This document shows, piece by piece, positions 41,198 through 54,564 of a stretch of DNA of 64,000 nucleotides. Made by a program: the position numbers and the translations under genes. The notes beneath the pieces were generated by a model. It made no database searches and was not told the DNA's origin. It worked only from the letters and a program-made list of their open reading frames with translations. This DNA is from Octopus vulgaris (Eukaryota), in NCBI GenBank assembly GCA_951406725.2, contig OX597818.1, positions 101,990,001 to 102,054,000 on the forward strand. The letters run 5' to 3'. How positions within the stretch are numbered: the first letter of the stretch is position 1; each line of letters starts with the position of its first letter.

Positions 41198-41205
<8 letters not shown>
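40561..41205 (+). mobile_element. Retrozyme-like partial tandem (479-nt unit, 166-bp terminal direct repeats) in (TA)n
   Basis: Direct repeats 40561-40726 and 41040-41205 differ at one base. No RT ORF. One complete and one 5'-truncated HHR. Confidence 0.8.
41014..41082 (+). ncRNA. Type I hammerhead ribozyme
   Basis: GAAU-C-AGUUCUG|CUGACGA (41026-41032)|UCAUUAGAC-GCAA-GUUGUAUGU|GAA|AUCA-CGG-UGAU|A^CAGAACU-AA-AUUC. 7-bp stem I plus a 4-bp extension. Confidence 0.85.
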
Positions 41206-41237
<32 letters not shown>

Positions 41238-41240
<3 letters not shown>

Positions 41241-41860
41241 CAACTGAGGGAGTAATACAGGTAAAATTCAGGTTACATATGTTTCGTAGTCAGCAGATCC
41301 TCTGATGTAATAATTACTCAACGAAGGCGGCGAGCTGGCAAAGGTGGGGAGCTGGATAAGGCGGCGAGCTGGCAGAAATGTTAGGTCGACTTTGCCTTTC
41401 ATCCTTTCGGGGTCGATTATATAAGTTCTAGTTACACACTGGGGTCAATATAATCGACTAAATCCATTTGTCTCTCCTTGATCGTCCCGTCTCTGTGTAG
41501 CCCCTCGTGGGCAGTAAAAGATTAAGAAACGTTAGCACACTGGGTACACATGCTTCGCGGTATTTCGTCTGTCTTTATGTTCTGTGATCAAATTCCGCTG
41601 AGGTCGCCTTTGCGTTTCATCCTTGTGGGGTCGATAAATTAAGTACCAGTTGCATACAGGGATCGATCTAATCGACTGACCACATCCACAAAAATTTCAG
41701 TAAGTTAACTTCGAATGCATTCACCACAATCTAAACTTGATTTAATTAAGTTATCTAAACCTCGGTGAGTAGCTAGCAGAGGACCCGTCTTTGATTAATT
41801 ATTACATGAGATAATCTGTTAGTTGGGAATCATATGTAACATGGATTTTACCTGCTCCAT
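41238..41860 (+). mobile_element. Older fold-back HHR element interrupted by SINEs
   Basis: 41258-41321 is a diverged inverted copy of 41791-41854. Degenerate HHR at 41762-41845. Confidence 0.55.
41325..41700 (+). mobile_element. Two tandem SINE S3 copies
   Basis: Repeated aaggcggcgagctggca heads and two tttcatcctt..ggggtcgat cores. Confidence 0.8.
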
Positions 41861-42128
41861 CGATTTCGAGTTTTGTTCCAATTCATATTAGCAGATCTAG
41901 TTGCTCACCATGAGCTGCAAAATGGTTTTAGTCTTTTTTTTTCAGCTTATCAAACTTCGGTTTGGGAAAGGCCTATAACCTTCGACGCCAATCAATTGTT
42001 ATTGTCCCTGAAGTTCTTTTAAAATTATTTTTATACTTAACACAGGCTACTCGAAGCTAACAAACTTTCTACAATTAGATCCATGGATCTTACAATTACA
42101 CAAACACGCATACACACAACGCACACAT

Positions 42129-42165
<37 letters not shown>

Positions 42166-44584
42166 TACATACAGAGTCCGTACCCAAACAGGGATAGAAA
42201 AACGAGTAGAAATATTTTAAGAGTAACTTTATAGAGGCATGCTGGGACTAATACATGTTACCCATAATCTCTATTGTTTTTTTTTTGTTTTTCCTTTTTA
42301 CTATCACAAATTCAACGTCGTAAGACGTTCCCTTCATACTTTACTATGATTTCTTGATGGCAGTGTGAGCAACTATGAGGAAATGGCCGACATACGGTTG
42401 TCTTTTAAAGAAGTAAGACCAGGTTGCATGTTTTTTTTTTAATTTTTTTTTTTTTTTACATATTTGAGTATGTAGTTAATGTTCAACGAGAATGCAGGCA
42501 TGAATTTATAACGGAATCTCACAAGTCGTTGGTGTGCTGAAGACACTAACCTAGATTACCAGGCACTGAGACTGAACTTAGAACCATTTGGTCGGGGTGC
42601 AACGTTCTTATTATACTGTCATTTGCTAGGTATATGCTTCCACCAGCGCATAAATGAATTGATCTTCCGGAATTTTTCCCTCGGTTGTATGTATTTCACT
42701 CCTTTTGTGATATACTATGATTTCATGTCGCTCATTCTCTCCGTGTTCTTCGTCTTTGAAGGACATAATTTACTGGCGCTGATATAGGTTTCAAGTTTTT
42801 TAATGATGTTTTAAATTTCTTCCACATCGGAAAACTATGAGCCATTGAAAGACATTGCATTCGTGACTCCAATAATACGCACATTCAGTGCCAACTTGCC
42901 ATAGTTATATTGGATTACACAACGGATTTCATTGCATAAAAGCATAGAAAACGTGGTGCATTGATCATGTAAAATATAGCGGAAGACAAAATTGCCGTTT
43001 CCCATAGAAAGATAAATTTATGCATGTACACTGTCTCATTGTTGAACCGAAAGGCAATGTGTTATCAATATTAGGTAAAATGATATTTTCATCGTTCAAC
43101 CATTTTTAGAGATGCCGTAACGTAGGCGAGTAGTGTGGTGATAGCGTTTAATAACCAAACATATCATTTGGAGAGATTTAGCTATGTTACCGATACTCAC
43201 GTCCGTCCGCATAATTGAATATTTGAAATTCAGCACATAAAACTGATGCTCCAATATTTGTATTTTTCTTGATATGAATATGGTGTTGAACATATCAGCC
43301 AAGTAGAAAATGGTTAGGTGGTCACAATTTCATTTGGATGGGAAAATTATGTTATTGCACGTATTTTTTTATTTTCGGACTTTAGCTTGTAGGGATTTTT
43401 TTATAATGAATGGAGTTCCATTGAACAAATGATGCCGCTGTCATTTTTGAGATAAAGATTGACTTTCTACCCGTCTATTTCCGAAAACTCTTTACATGGT
43501 TAATGAAAACAGTTTAACAAATCGTTTCATAATATCATTAATCTTACTATCAGTCAATGGATGATTTACCTGAAGTCGATTTTATGACGTGACGCAGTGT
43601 CAGAATTATTGTTGGTCTTGTTGTACAATATTTAGTATTTCATTCCTCGTTTATTGTATGGTAGTTACGCAGATGTCTGCCAAATTTTGTCAATGTTTAT
43701 TTTCATGTTTATTGATTTAATAACTTACTGTTTCTTTCTATTCCATTTCTGTCTTGTGTTTGATGCTATCTCCAGTTTTTATCAATTTGGATATTTCACT
43801 ATGGAAATTAAAGTTGTTGTTAATGTATATATATATTTGTGGAATGTATATTTTCTGTACCGTCTATGATTACTTTGTTGAAGATACGTACTACACTGTT
43901 GACATTGGTGATTGAATTGTAGTTCAGTTCTACAAAACTTAATTATGTTTCCTGCTGGAATGGCTACCACGAGGCTTTTTGAAGTTTTTAATACTGTTTT
44001 CGTTTTGTTCATTCGTTTGTAGCAACATAGCAATGGTTTTAATTTTCTCATCGGAGTTTAGTTTGAAGATTGTATACAGTGTGTTTGCATTACATAGACA
44101 TTTGTAGTAGCCGATATACAAGAAGTTCATTTAGTTGTGGTTCGTCAGTTGGGTTTGTTTTATTTGCTACGATCACTTTATAAATTGGCGTACCATCTGA
44201 AAACTAATACTGGAAAAGGTAGAGAAATGAGTCTACTGTGTTATACTAGTTACAATAATGAATAAGCATGTGGAACACAGGATGTTATAACAATATTGAG
44301 GGCTGGTTTCAAATACGACAGCTTCACATGAATCTTCTCAGTTGAAGGATGGTGAATGTATGGAGTTGGTACACGGACAGTTTATTATAGCAGTACTCGC
44401 ATTTGAAGCACACCAGTATTTAGCTAGTAGTCAAGGCACACACTCACACACGCACACACGCACACACATGCATGCATTTATTTGTATATGTGTGTGCATT
44501 TATATATATGTGTGTGTATGTATATACACATATATATGCATGCATACACACACACAGATACATATATATATATATATATCACCT

Positions 44585-44820
44585 TGATCAACTTGACCGA
44601 CCAGTCCGTCAGGCGTCCATTTGACACCGCTGGTCACTGTACGCTGTCCACTCCTCTCTGGATCGCGCCTTTCTCATCCACGTGATCCCAATCGTCCTCC
44701 TGAAATCGTAACTCCACCGTCGTAGAGGCCTTCCGGGAGGACGTTTCCGCTCGCCCGGGTACCACTCGACAACTGCGCGGGTCCACCGATTGTCGGTGAG
44801 CCGGGAGATATGTCCAAAAT
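44585..44820 (-). mobile_element. RTE-clade LINE 3' end
   Basis: GHISRLTDNRWTRAVVEWYPGERKRPPGRPLRRW...W is a typical RTE ORF C-terminus. Confidence 0.85.
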
Positions 44821-44964
44821 ACACACACATATACAAATATATATATACACATATGTGCGTGTGTGTGCGAATGTGTGCCTCTCAAATTATCTCACTCTTG
44901 ATATCAAAAGTTTATATGCGGTGATCTTACACAAAAAAAAAGACTTCTTGCAATTAAACACTTA

Positions 44965-45975
44965 CTAGATCTTCGGCTTGATCCTCAACCTCACACCTCC
45001 AAACTTCTTCGTCCGGCCAAAATTTCTCTCTCCCTCAACTGCTTCTCTTTCACGGGAGATTTTTAACAATAGGTCTCGGGAAAGGCGATGAGAACGCGAA
45101 TGGGCCCCCAAATATGCGAACCTGTTTGTTGGCTACGTTGAGGCACACATATTCTGAAATTTTACTGGTCCCACTTCCGAGCTCTACAGTTGTTATATCG
45201 ATAACTGTATCGGCACGACCTAATACTCCCGCGAACCACTGAACTCCTTCTTCTCCTTTGTCCAATCTTTTAACCCTGCCTTCGAATTATCCTGCACTAT
45301 CTCGAGCTCTTCCCTCTAATTTCTCGACGCTACTGTCGGCATCCACCACTCTGCTGTTACTGCCTCAATCTAGTAAAAACACACTGACTTTAAACTCCTA
45401 CCTTAAGTTCTCCTGATCCCACCCTACGCACATCAAGCTCTCTATACCCTACTCCCAATTCCTCCGTCTACGTAGGCTCTGAGGTGACGATCATGATTTT
45501 GAGAATCACCCTCAACTAATGGCTCGCCACTTCATTCTCTGTAGATTGCACCACTTACTGCAATCCATTTGCCCCAGCATGATCAGTGGGATGTGCCTCT
45601 ACTGTCTCTCCTCGTAACCAATCCACCCTTACTTACTACCTCTCACTTACTACCCTTCCACACTACCCAGCCAACACATCATTCTCCATGCCTTCTGTCA
45701 ACTCGCGTCAGGGCCCACCACAAAGCACATCTTTCCTAAAACACCAACTACCTCTTTGAAACCAGCCTATAACCTGCGTAACCTCCTGGTCCACAGCTTC
45801 TTTCCAACCCCGCCTCCTAATCTGTCTTCTTCCTCTGCTCCTGCCCATGCTGACGTGCCTGGCCCTATCTCTCAAAAACCACCTTCCTCTAATTCAACCA
45901 TCACAGTCCTAATCACGTCTCCGACTCCTTTACCTGCACCTCTAGTAATGTCATATACTCCATCTCTTAACCTCT
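44965..45975 (+). pseudogene. Decayed Penelope-like element ORF (RT, thumb, Cys linker, start of GIY-YIG)
   Basis: Across stops and frameshifts: LSLNCFSF, AMRTRMGP.YANLFVGYVE, YIDN (YIDD), FLDA, SHPTHIKLSIPYSQFLRLRRL, NLRNLLVHS, FTCTSSNVIY. Confidence 0.85.
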
Positions 45976-46269
45976 CTGTCCTTCAGAGAGTACACAATAC
46001 CTGAGTACTCCAACACGAGTACACAATACCTGAACAAAGTCAATATATACACATACACACACGCAACATGTCTAAACACACGCAACTCACAAAGATAACA
46101 TCGCCCAAATTCATACACTATACACATGCACACTGTTTTGTCAGTGACACACACACATACATGTGTGCACACACCAAGTAAAAAAGCGCAACTCAGCTGC
46201 TACACACAAAACACACACTCACGCTCACACGTTATACACGCACACATACATACACATCAAACTCGCCTC

Positions 46270-46306
<37 letters not shown>

Positions 46307-47559
46307 AACTCGCTCGTCTCCATTCATACACACACTTACACTCACACACACCATTCTCACATACTCACACATTGTGGAATGCATTGGAATGTCAGAATAG
46401 TTACTGATCCAGGAAAAGTTATTTACGTTCTCAGTTCAAATGCTGCTGAAGTTGACTTTGATTTTCATCCTCCGGGATCGATAAAATAAGTATCGATATA
46501 ATTGATACTGGGGTCAATATAATCGATTTAACTCCTCCCACCAAAATTACTGGTATTGTGCCAAACTTTTCAAACCGATTTATAAGTTATGTTCAAGAAT
46601 GTGAATAAATAAGTCACGTATACTTCTATATTACAAAACATATCCTTAGGCGTAATATAAATAGATGGAAACAAATTCGTGATGAGCTACAATATATATT
46701 CGGAAAATGAAGGAAAGAGGCCTACTCTCCATTCCACCTTTAGACTAAAAGGAGAGCCACTTCTAACGGAATATTTCACAATTTCATTTTTGGAGGCTAG
46801 TTTAAAAAAAACCTACTCTGGTTCTTCATCAATATTTAGCAAGAATCAGCTGTTATACAAAGCAGCCATCAATTATGATATGACATTTGCGTCTGTAATC
46901 CTCACATGACTCGTAATTTGTCGATGTGTATGAGTGTGTGTGTGTATGTGTGTATATGTTTTGTTCTCAAACTGCTGTAAACCAGTTCATTATTAAAATG
47001 CCTCTCCGTGGATGCAATAGTAATATGAGTATATTCCTTCTATGCTGGTGATCTAAGGAAAGTGAAAGTGAATCTTCGAAAGGATAGATTTGCGGCTTAT
47101 TTATAGGACCTCAATGAAGAAGCATCAGTTTTTCCCCCACTCAATAACTCTCATTACTAGCTATATAAAACTGTCATAACAGAGAGAAAAACCAGGATGG
47201 AAAACCAAATTTGCATATCTGAGCTGATTTGATAGTTTTTCTATTTATTAAACACAATTTTATGAGTTATACAACATAAATAAGAAGAGTTACAAGATAT
47301 TTAACTAATATGATACCTTACTATTGATGAAATTGCGAATGAAAATCGATAGTTTCTGTGCAGTGATAAAGAAGCAGGAAATCGCTTAAGGGAACGTTTC
47401 ACTGTTTGATGAAAGCTTCATAGGACTGACGTACTTAGATTCATAACTAAAGCAAAGGAAGGGATAAGCTGGGGAAAGAAAACGGCTGCGTCGCCTGTGA
47501 GTATGCAACAAAGGCCTTGGGATGGACCATCAGTCGACAAAGCCTCATACGTTTAACCC

Positions 47560-47705
47560 AACTGAAATGCTTAGTAGAAACAAAATATTTACAGAAACAA
47601 CGAAGCCCGGTACTTGGTTTTATCCAGTTACTCATTATATCGAACACTACCACCAACACATCAACACCGGTTATCTAACGGTGGTAGGGGACACAAAGAC
47701 ACAAA
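47560..47705 (-). mobile_element. SINE family S2 fragment
   Basis: aagcccggtactt...cgaac...catcaacaccggtt...ggggacacaaagacac. Confidence 0.5.
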
Positions 47706-47787
47706 GATTTAAAAAGAACTCTGTTTTTCATAATTTTGAAAAATAAGTGTAAAAGAACCGCATTATTTATGCGATAACCAAATACCT

Positions 47788-47804
47788 GTCTATCTATCTA
47801 TCTG

Positions 47805-47886
<82 letters not shown>

Positions 47887-47910
47887 CATCCATCCATCCA
47901 TCCATCCACC
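47788..47910. repeat. (CTAT)n-(CCAT)n microsatellite
   Basis: Direct reading. Confidence 0.95.
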
Positions 47911-47983
47911 TATATATATGTCTGCTTCTCTGTCACACACGCTTTCTCTCCCTTCTCTCACACTCTCTTTTATTTATCTCTCC

Positions 47984-48051
<68 letters not shown>

Positions 48052-48053
48052 GG

Positions 48054-48178
48054 AGAAATACTTCTGTCTTACACGCTTTTTCTCACACTCTCTTTTATTT
48101 ATCTCTCCCTGTATATATATATACAGGGAGAGATAAATAAAATAGAGTGTGAGAAAAAGCGTGTAAGAAGCATTTCTC
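48054..48178. repeat. ~125-bp near-perfect palindrome centred on a short (TA)n
   Basis: cttacacgctttttctcacactct...ccctgtatata / tatacagggagag...agtgtgagaaaaagcgtgtaag. Confidence 0.9.
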
Positions 48179-48179
48179 A

Positions 48180-48745
48180 CATTTCTCTCTCTTTCTCAAT
48201 TTGCACCTCACTGATTCTGTCACCAAGCCAATCCTTGGCACGCTCTCTTTCTTCTCCCGTCTTTAATTCTGTCTTTCTCTCTCTTCTCCCCCCTTTGGTG
48301 CCTTCGTCCCTCTTTTTCTCTCTCACTTTGATTCCTTTGCCCCCTTTTTTTCTCTCTCTTCTCTCACGTGACCGCTGGTCAAGCACCCTTTCGGCTTCTA
48401 ACAAGCGCCACGAGAAGATCGTTGTCTTCGTCTGCCGAAAAAGGCATTTTTTCCAAATACGCCAGCTAAACTAAGTTGTACTGTCTATAGTCGTAAGACA
48501 CCCGGTGTTTTTGTCCTGTTATTACTATTATTATTTTTTGTATTTATATTCGTGTGGCATCGTCCGTTTTTCTGTCCTTCTTTCGTATACATTCGAATCT
48601 TTTTCCCAAGAAATCTAATGCTCATAGATTAGTTATCAGCCGAAATTGCTAGGATGATCCGGTTCTTGACTGAAGATTGAAGGCTTTTTGTATCGTCTTC
48701 TAAATATTTTACGTTCTTGTCCCAGTTTGTATTTTTCTACATATA
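48180..48745 (+). mobile_element. PLE-tail-like repeat ending in (TA)n; family shared with 25260-25450
   Basis: Reverse-complement identity with 25260-25450 over the last ~150 bp. Isolated CTGAAGA at 48670. Confidence 0.55.
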
Positions 48746-48798
48746 ATATAAATATATATATATATATATAAATATATATATATGTATGTATGTATATG

Positions 48799-48842
<44 letters not shown>

Positions 48843-49610
48843 TATATATATACATAGGTATAGATAGATACATAAATAGACAGGTACACACACACAGACA
48901 GACGCATATATGTGCGTGCACTAATTCAAATTGTGTGCGTAAGTGTTTGTGCATATAATTAATGTTCTGCATATGCGTGCATAACTAACCATCATATTTT
49001 TTATACTAATTTTAAAAACCTTTCCAATCATAAAGAACTCTTTTACACTCAGTTTTCTAATTTTAATTGCACTTTTCCTTATGTGGCTTCCTGTAATTTT
49101 TGAGGCTTTCAGATTCCTCCAAATCGACATTGCCTTCCATCCTTTCGTCGTCGATGAAAGAAGTACTAGTTTAAAACTAATGTCCATGGAATAGACTTAG
49201 CTCCCTCCCCCCCCAAACCGCTGGCCTTTTGCCACAATATGAAATTAATATTTTGCAGCCAATCCTATCATAGCAAAATTGTTCAACTTCCGTTTTGCTC
49301 TTTTTAAACCGAACATTTATTTGTGTTTGTGAGTATTCTGCTTCATTTCTTTATCTCGCTTCTCGTAACGCTAAATATAATTTCGCATTGTTCCTTTTGT
49401 TGTTATTTGTTAGACCTGTATTCGAGATTAGCTGACATCATTCTAGAAACCAATTGAAATTTGCATAATGAGCCTGATATATACGTGTTTCAGTCTACAT
49501 AGTTGTTATTTATCCTATGTTGGTATATGCAGTTATAAACATATAACGTGTCGCCTTGCATTTGTCAGTATTTCTTATGATGAAGTTTTTATAGCTATAA
49601 TGCTCTAAAT

Positions 49611-49856
49611 CACTGGTTCTCAACCATTTGTTTTCATCTATGGAACACTGTGATTCCAGTTTTATTCTATTGAACCTTCATAGCCATTCGATGTGTATAA
49701 AAGACATTCTACTGTATGTTTATAATTATATATTATTAGGAACTGTATATTTTCAAAATGTATTGTAGAAGTATAACTAACCTATCGTTGATGAATTTTA
49801 AAAACAAAATCTTACTTGGACCCCAAGGGCCAAATGGACACCGATTGAGAACCACT
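49611..49856. mobile_element. hAT (Charlie/MER5-like) MITE
   Basis: TIR-like ends CACTGGTTCTCAACC and GATTGAGAACCACT. Probable 8-bp TSD CTCTAAAT / CTCCAAAT. Confidence 0.7.
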
Positions 49857-50281
49857 CCAAATCATTGAATGAAAAGAAGCAATATAAATTTTGATTAAAA
49901 TGGAATTTAGTAATCTTATTGCCAAAAATAGGTAACACAGCTACTAAAATGTCACGTCAGTTATATGTAAGGGAAACGGATGTACAAAAAATTACGCTTC
50001 TATTATGGGTCATCTGGATTATAATTGATCAAGGTGACCTTACACTGAGCACCTAAAGGTAATATTTTTAATCTTTTCCAGATGCTTCTATAAATGTTGT
50101 TCCTCTGGCTCAGGTGAGTTGTGAAATTGATGATCTAGAGATAAGGCGCTGGCATTTATAGAATCATTGTAAATATAACAAGGATTGCCATATTGGCCAC
50201 ACATTTTGTATGATTTTTACATTGTTGGTTCTTCATTTGGCATCTGTTTCTAACCGATCAAACAACTGCATTGAGAACCTA

Positions 50282-50856
50282 TTGGGTTGCCCGGAAAGTT
50301 CGTGCCGATTTTTAAAGGAAAGAAAAAGGTCAATAAATACTTCCCATTATTTTAAGATTTACCAGGTGCTCATGAAATACGGATTTTGATACGTTGAGGC
50401 GTTCTGCAAATTCTCGGGTTGTGCAATGTGGGTTATTCTCAATTAATGACCTGAGTTGGTCATCATCTGTAGTGGATGGTCTGCCTGATCACTCTTTATC
50501 AATAAGGCTACAACCTCCAGTTCGGAACCTTGCGAACCACTTCCGTACAGTTTTTTCCGATAAAGAAACATCACCGTAAACTGCGCATATTTCGTTGGTT
50601 GATGGTAAGGCATTTTTCTCTTTACGGAAAAAGAAAAGTATCAATTGCCGAAAAGGAACTTTGTTATCTTCCATTTTAAAGGGTTGCAGAATTAACACAG
50701 GTTATAGGAACATAAACCTTCTTCCACGAAAAGATAGCTTAAACTGTGCTCTAAATGGAGGTGTAGTCTAATCCTATTTTATGGACTCAACCATGTTCTA
50801 AAGTAAGTCGAAAGGTAAGCTACTATAAATCGGCAAGAACTTTCCGGACAACCCAA
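50282..50856 (-). mobile_element. Internally deleted mariner transposon with both TIRs and TA target duplication
   Basis: TIRs TTGGGTTG(C/T)CCGGAAAGTTC(G/T)TGCCGATTT, TA at 50280-81 and 50857-58. N-terminal HTH ORF MEDNKVPFRQLILFFFRK...EICAVYG...TVRKWFARFRTG. Confidence 0.92.
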
Positions 50857-51520
50857 TATTATTTCTATTTAAATTATTTCTTGACTCCAGAGAGTATCTA
50901 AATAGTATTATGTTTTATTCACACCTCCAGCCTAAATGGCTTAATGGCAATCAGGTCTTCCCCACATTTCCTAATTTGGAATACTTTATTTAATATGTCA
51001 TCGTGCCTTTGAAGATATGAGTGCAGGCATTTGACTTTATGTCTAGCTATTTACCCAACCACTTAACATTTTCCATCGGAATTTTGTATATTCTTACTTT
51101 TTTGGAAAATTCTTACGCGTAACGTCTCAATAATGGTTCCAAATTTACACAGAAGGAGCAGCAATTTCATGGAGGTTAAGTTTATTATATCGACCCCAGG
51201 TCTCAACCCAGAAATATATGACGGAAGAAATGCAGCAAAGTATTTTGCCTGGATTAATAAAGATTTGACTGCTCGCCAACTTACAGCATTATTGTTTTCA
51301 AATTTTGAAAACGTCTTGCGATTTTGGAGGAGTGGCACAGTCGATTCCTTCAAGACCAGCGCTCAACTGGTAAAATGTTACCATTCGTGATAGGATTCAA
51401 TGCAAAAACCGCGATGACCTCGGTGGCATTTCAACCCAGAACTTAAAGAAGGACAAACTACCGCTAAGGATTGTGCCAACTCACCACCTTCAATAATTTC
51501 TCTTTAATATTCCTCTCTCT

Positions 51521-51820
51521 GGAGGCACATGGCCTAGTGTTGAGAGCAGCGGACTGGCAGTCGAGAGATCGCGGGTTCGAATCTCATACCGGGCGACGTG
51601 TGTGTTTACGAGCGAATCACCTAAGCTCCACGCGGCTCCGGCAGAATGTAATGTCGATCTTCTGCTGACTCTTTCGCCACAACTTTCTCTCACTCTTTCC
51701 TCCTGTATCTTGCAGCTCACCTGCGACGGACAGGCGTCCCGTCCAGGTGGGAAACCTATAGGCCAAGGAAACCGTGAAACCAGCCCTTATGAGCTAGGCA
51801 TGGCGAGAGAAGGAACAAAC
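51521..51820 (+). mobile_element. tRNA-derived SINE, S1-related head with a different tail
   Basis: GGAGGCACATGGCCTAGTGTTGAGAGCAG...GGGTTCGAATCTC, then cacctaagctccacg.ggctccggcag. Tail cctgcgacggacaggcgtcccgtccagg. Confidence 0.75.
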
Positions 51821-54564
51821 AAAACAATATTCCTCACTACTATAAGGACAAGGCCCGAAAGTGTGCGTGTGTGTGGTGGGGTGCTATTCGATAACATACA
51901 TTCCAGAAGCGATTGAAGTTAAAGAAAATACCGACAACATTCGAACTCAGAACGTAAAGACGGACGAAATAGCACTAAGCACTCTTTCCGGCAAGTGAAC
52001 GAATAACTTCTTAATAATGAAAATAAATTTTTTAAAGAATATGTAATTATTTTCTTTCTAACTGTATGTATTTTTCCAGTGTGATTATAATTCTCATACG
52101 AATCAAGTAAATAATATTAAAATAATTATCATTGCAAAATCTTGCAAGATAGCTATTGAATCGTGAATAACTGTTCTCAAACGAAGAACAAAATCCTTTT
52201 GCTATTTCTGAATGATTTAATAATATTTTGTTTTTGATATGTTTGATAACGATTTTTTGAATCGTTACAAATCTATTTACCATGGTTTACTTACATCACA
52301 ATGTCAGTTCAGCCGGTACATATTCCGAACAAATATATTCATCATAACACTACACATTGTAATATAATCAGTTCATTTTTGTCTATAACTCTTTTTCTTC
52401 GAAAGTTTACGGGTATGTGTGTGTGTGTTTGTGTGTGGGTGTGCGTGTGTGTGTGTTTGCACATATGAGATGTGGGAGATGATAGCACACTCATATATAG
52501 TATGTAAAGACAGATCTGTATTGGCATTTCATAAAACATACATGTGGTATCAAGTTCAGAAAAATTTAGGTTTTTCTCAATATTCATTCTCTATATACGT
52601 ATTCATAATTCTTTAACAATTCTAATGGATATAGCATCCGAATTTATTATCATTTAATATATTGTGAGTCAAAATATTTTCCCGGCAATTCATGACATTT
52701 ACAGAGTTATCTCTCAAAGTTTCAAAACATCAAACCTATCCATATTCGTTCACAAAACCACAAATATATGCCCTCACCTGAGAGCCTTTACACAATGCAC
52801 AGGTTTCGATAGCGTAACACTTAAATATATATGAAACTGGACTTCACCACTTATGATGATATTCATTTCAGAACACAAAGGCATGATATGGTAGTATGTT
52901 ATATTTGTGTGAAATATAATATTACTTTTGAAGTGGATATGGTGTTCTTATCGTCAGTAAATACATATTAATAAAGTGGGAAATTAAAATAGCTAAAAGG
53001 AGTAGGAGCATTGTATGTTCCACATCTTTTACCGTTACATACACTTCTTCCATTGATTCAAAAACATTGATCAGCGTCATCACTATGTATTGATGTACTT
53101 TGATTAAAACATGCTACCTGCTACAGTAACTGAATCTTTTCTGTAAAATCTTTAGAATATGATTGAAGTTGTATTCAAGTTAAAGACTCAGACATTATAC
53201 GAAGAAAAGTATGCCCTTTCAGGATAACGTGTAGCAGTTAGGAATTGTATATAATTAAAATTATATTGAAAGTTACCTGTGATAATTGAGACTGAAGTTG
53301 AGACAAATTTGCACTAATCATTGTCTGATTTCGTAAAGAAACTTTATCCAATGCTCAATTTGCTACATTTCAACGGCCATGGTTGTTAAGAAGTTATAAT
53401 ATCTGTTGATTTTCTATCTGATAAATTCACAATAATCAGATATCAATCGAATCATAGGTAATTTCTTACGATGTAATTTAATATATTTACTAACTGTGGA
53501 ATGCTGCCCTTATAGTAAATATTGGAGAAATTGAAATATATTAAGTTAAATTGAAACCACGCACTGAGAGCGTGCACTCACCAGCGTTCCCTAGATGGTA
53601 AGTAAATGAGATCATCGTTTGTCAGACTTGCTTCTCCGCATCTTGTCTCTTTAATGATCTGCAGTCTAGGATAAAGCGTAGATCGGAGCAGGGGGGAATA
53701 GTATCTAGAGTGCCGCCTGTCAAGCTCTGCGACGGGGGAATCTACCCATTGGCATTCTATAAAGGTTTATTGGCGGGCAATGGTAAGGCGTCAACGAGAA
53801 TCAGTTATCTGCTCTAGTCTGGAGGACATTCGCTCCTGGACCATAGATAATTTCCAGAAATATCAGACTCGGTAGTACTACAGAGGATTGGGGAAAATAG
53901 CCGGTTCGTGGAAACCACTCCAAACATCGAAGTGATGTGAGCCATCCCTACTTGACCATGCGCACAGAAATACGAAACGTTTTGTGCCTAAGCATTGCTG
54001 ACATGTGAAACAAATGTTGTCGCTCGCGTATAGGATGAAACCCAGCTGTCATCTAACTGCATTTGTTTCATAGAGAAGGGCAGGCAGTGTCTGCAGGTCT
54101 GATCGAGAGAGGGTTTGTGATGGAAAAGCTGACGGGTGCTGAAGACATACACTTTCCTCATTTGCCAAGCCCTAAAAAATTTTCATTTTCTATTTGAAAA
54201 GAAGAATACATGTGGAGACGGAGGTGTTGCCGATTTGTTGAAATGTATGTAAATGTCTCAAAACAGTCCCAGTAAAAAAGAGCAGATTCAAGCATGCGTT
54301 GTAAATCGAGAGAGGGTATTGAGAAGGCACTTTCCCTGGTGAGAAGGATGACCGGAATAGTAAGATCTTTCTGTAAACTTACACTCTACATGCTTTCATG
54401 AAAATCTGCATCATATCACATTATGTTATGCTGTATAATCCAGTGTACCGCCCTGGATCTGCTAATAACATTTTATAGTCAGTAAATAAATATTTGTTGT
54501 CGTTCCCGCTGCTGCTGTTGATGCTGCCTTTGTTCCTGCTGCTGCTGCAGTTATTGTTATGGCT

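Noticed and set aside
41271-41300. Apparent minus-strand HHR (CUGCUGA-CUAC-GAAAC)
   Set aside because: It is the inverted arm of the plus-strand element; CUGCUGACUAC is the 3' strand of stem II, not a core.
42820-43560. Possible hAT transposase remnant (FYLADMFN on minus)
   Set aside because: Single short motif and no TIRs; cannot be supported by eye.
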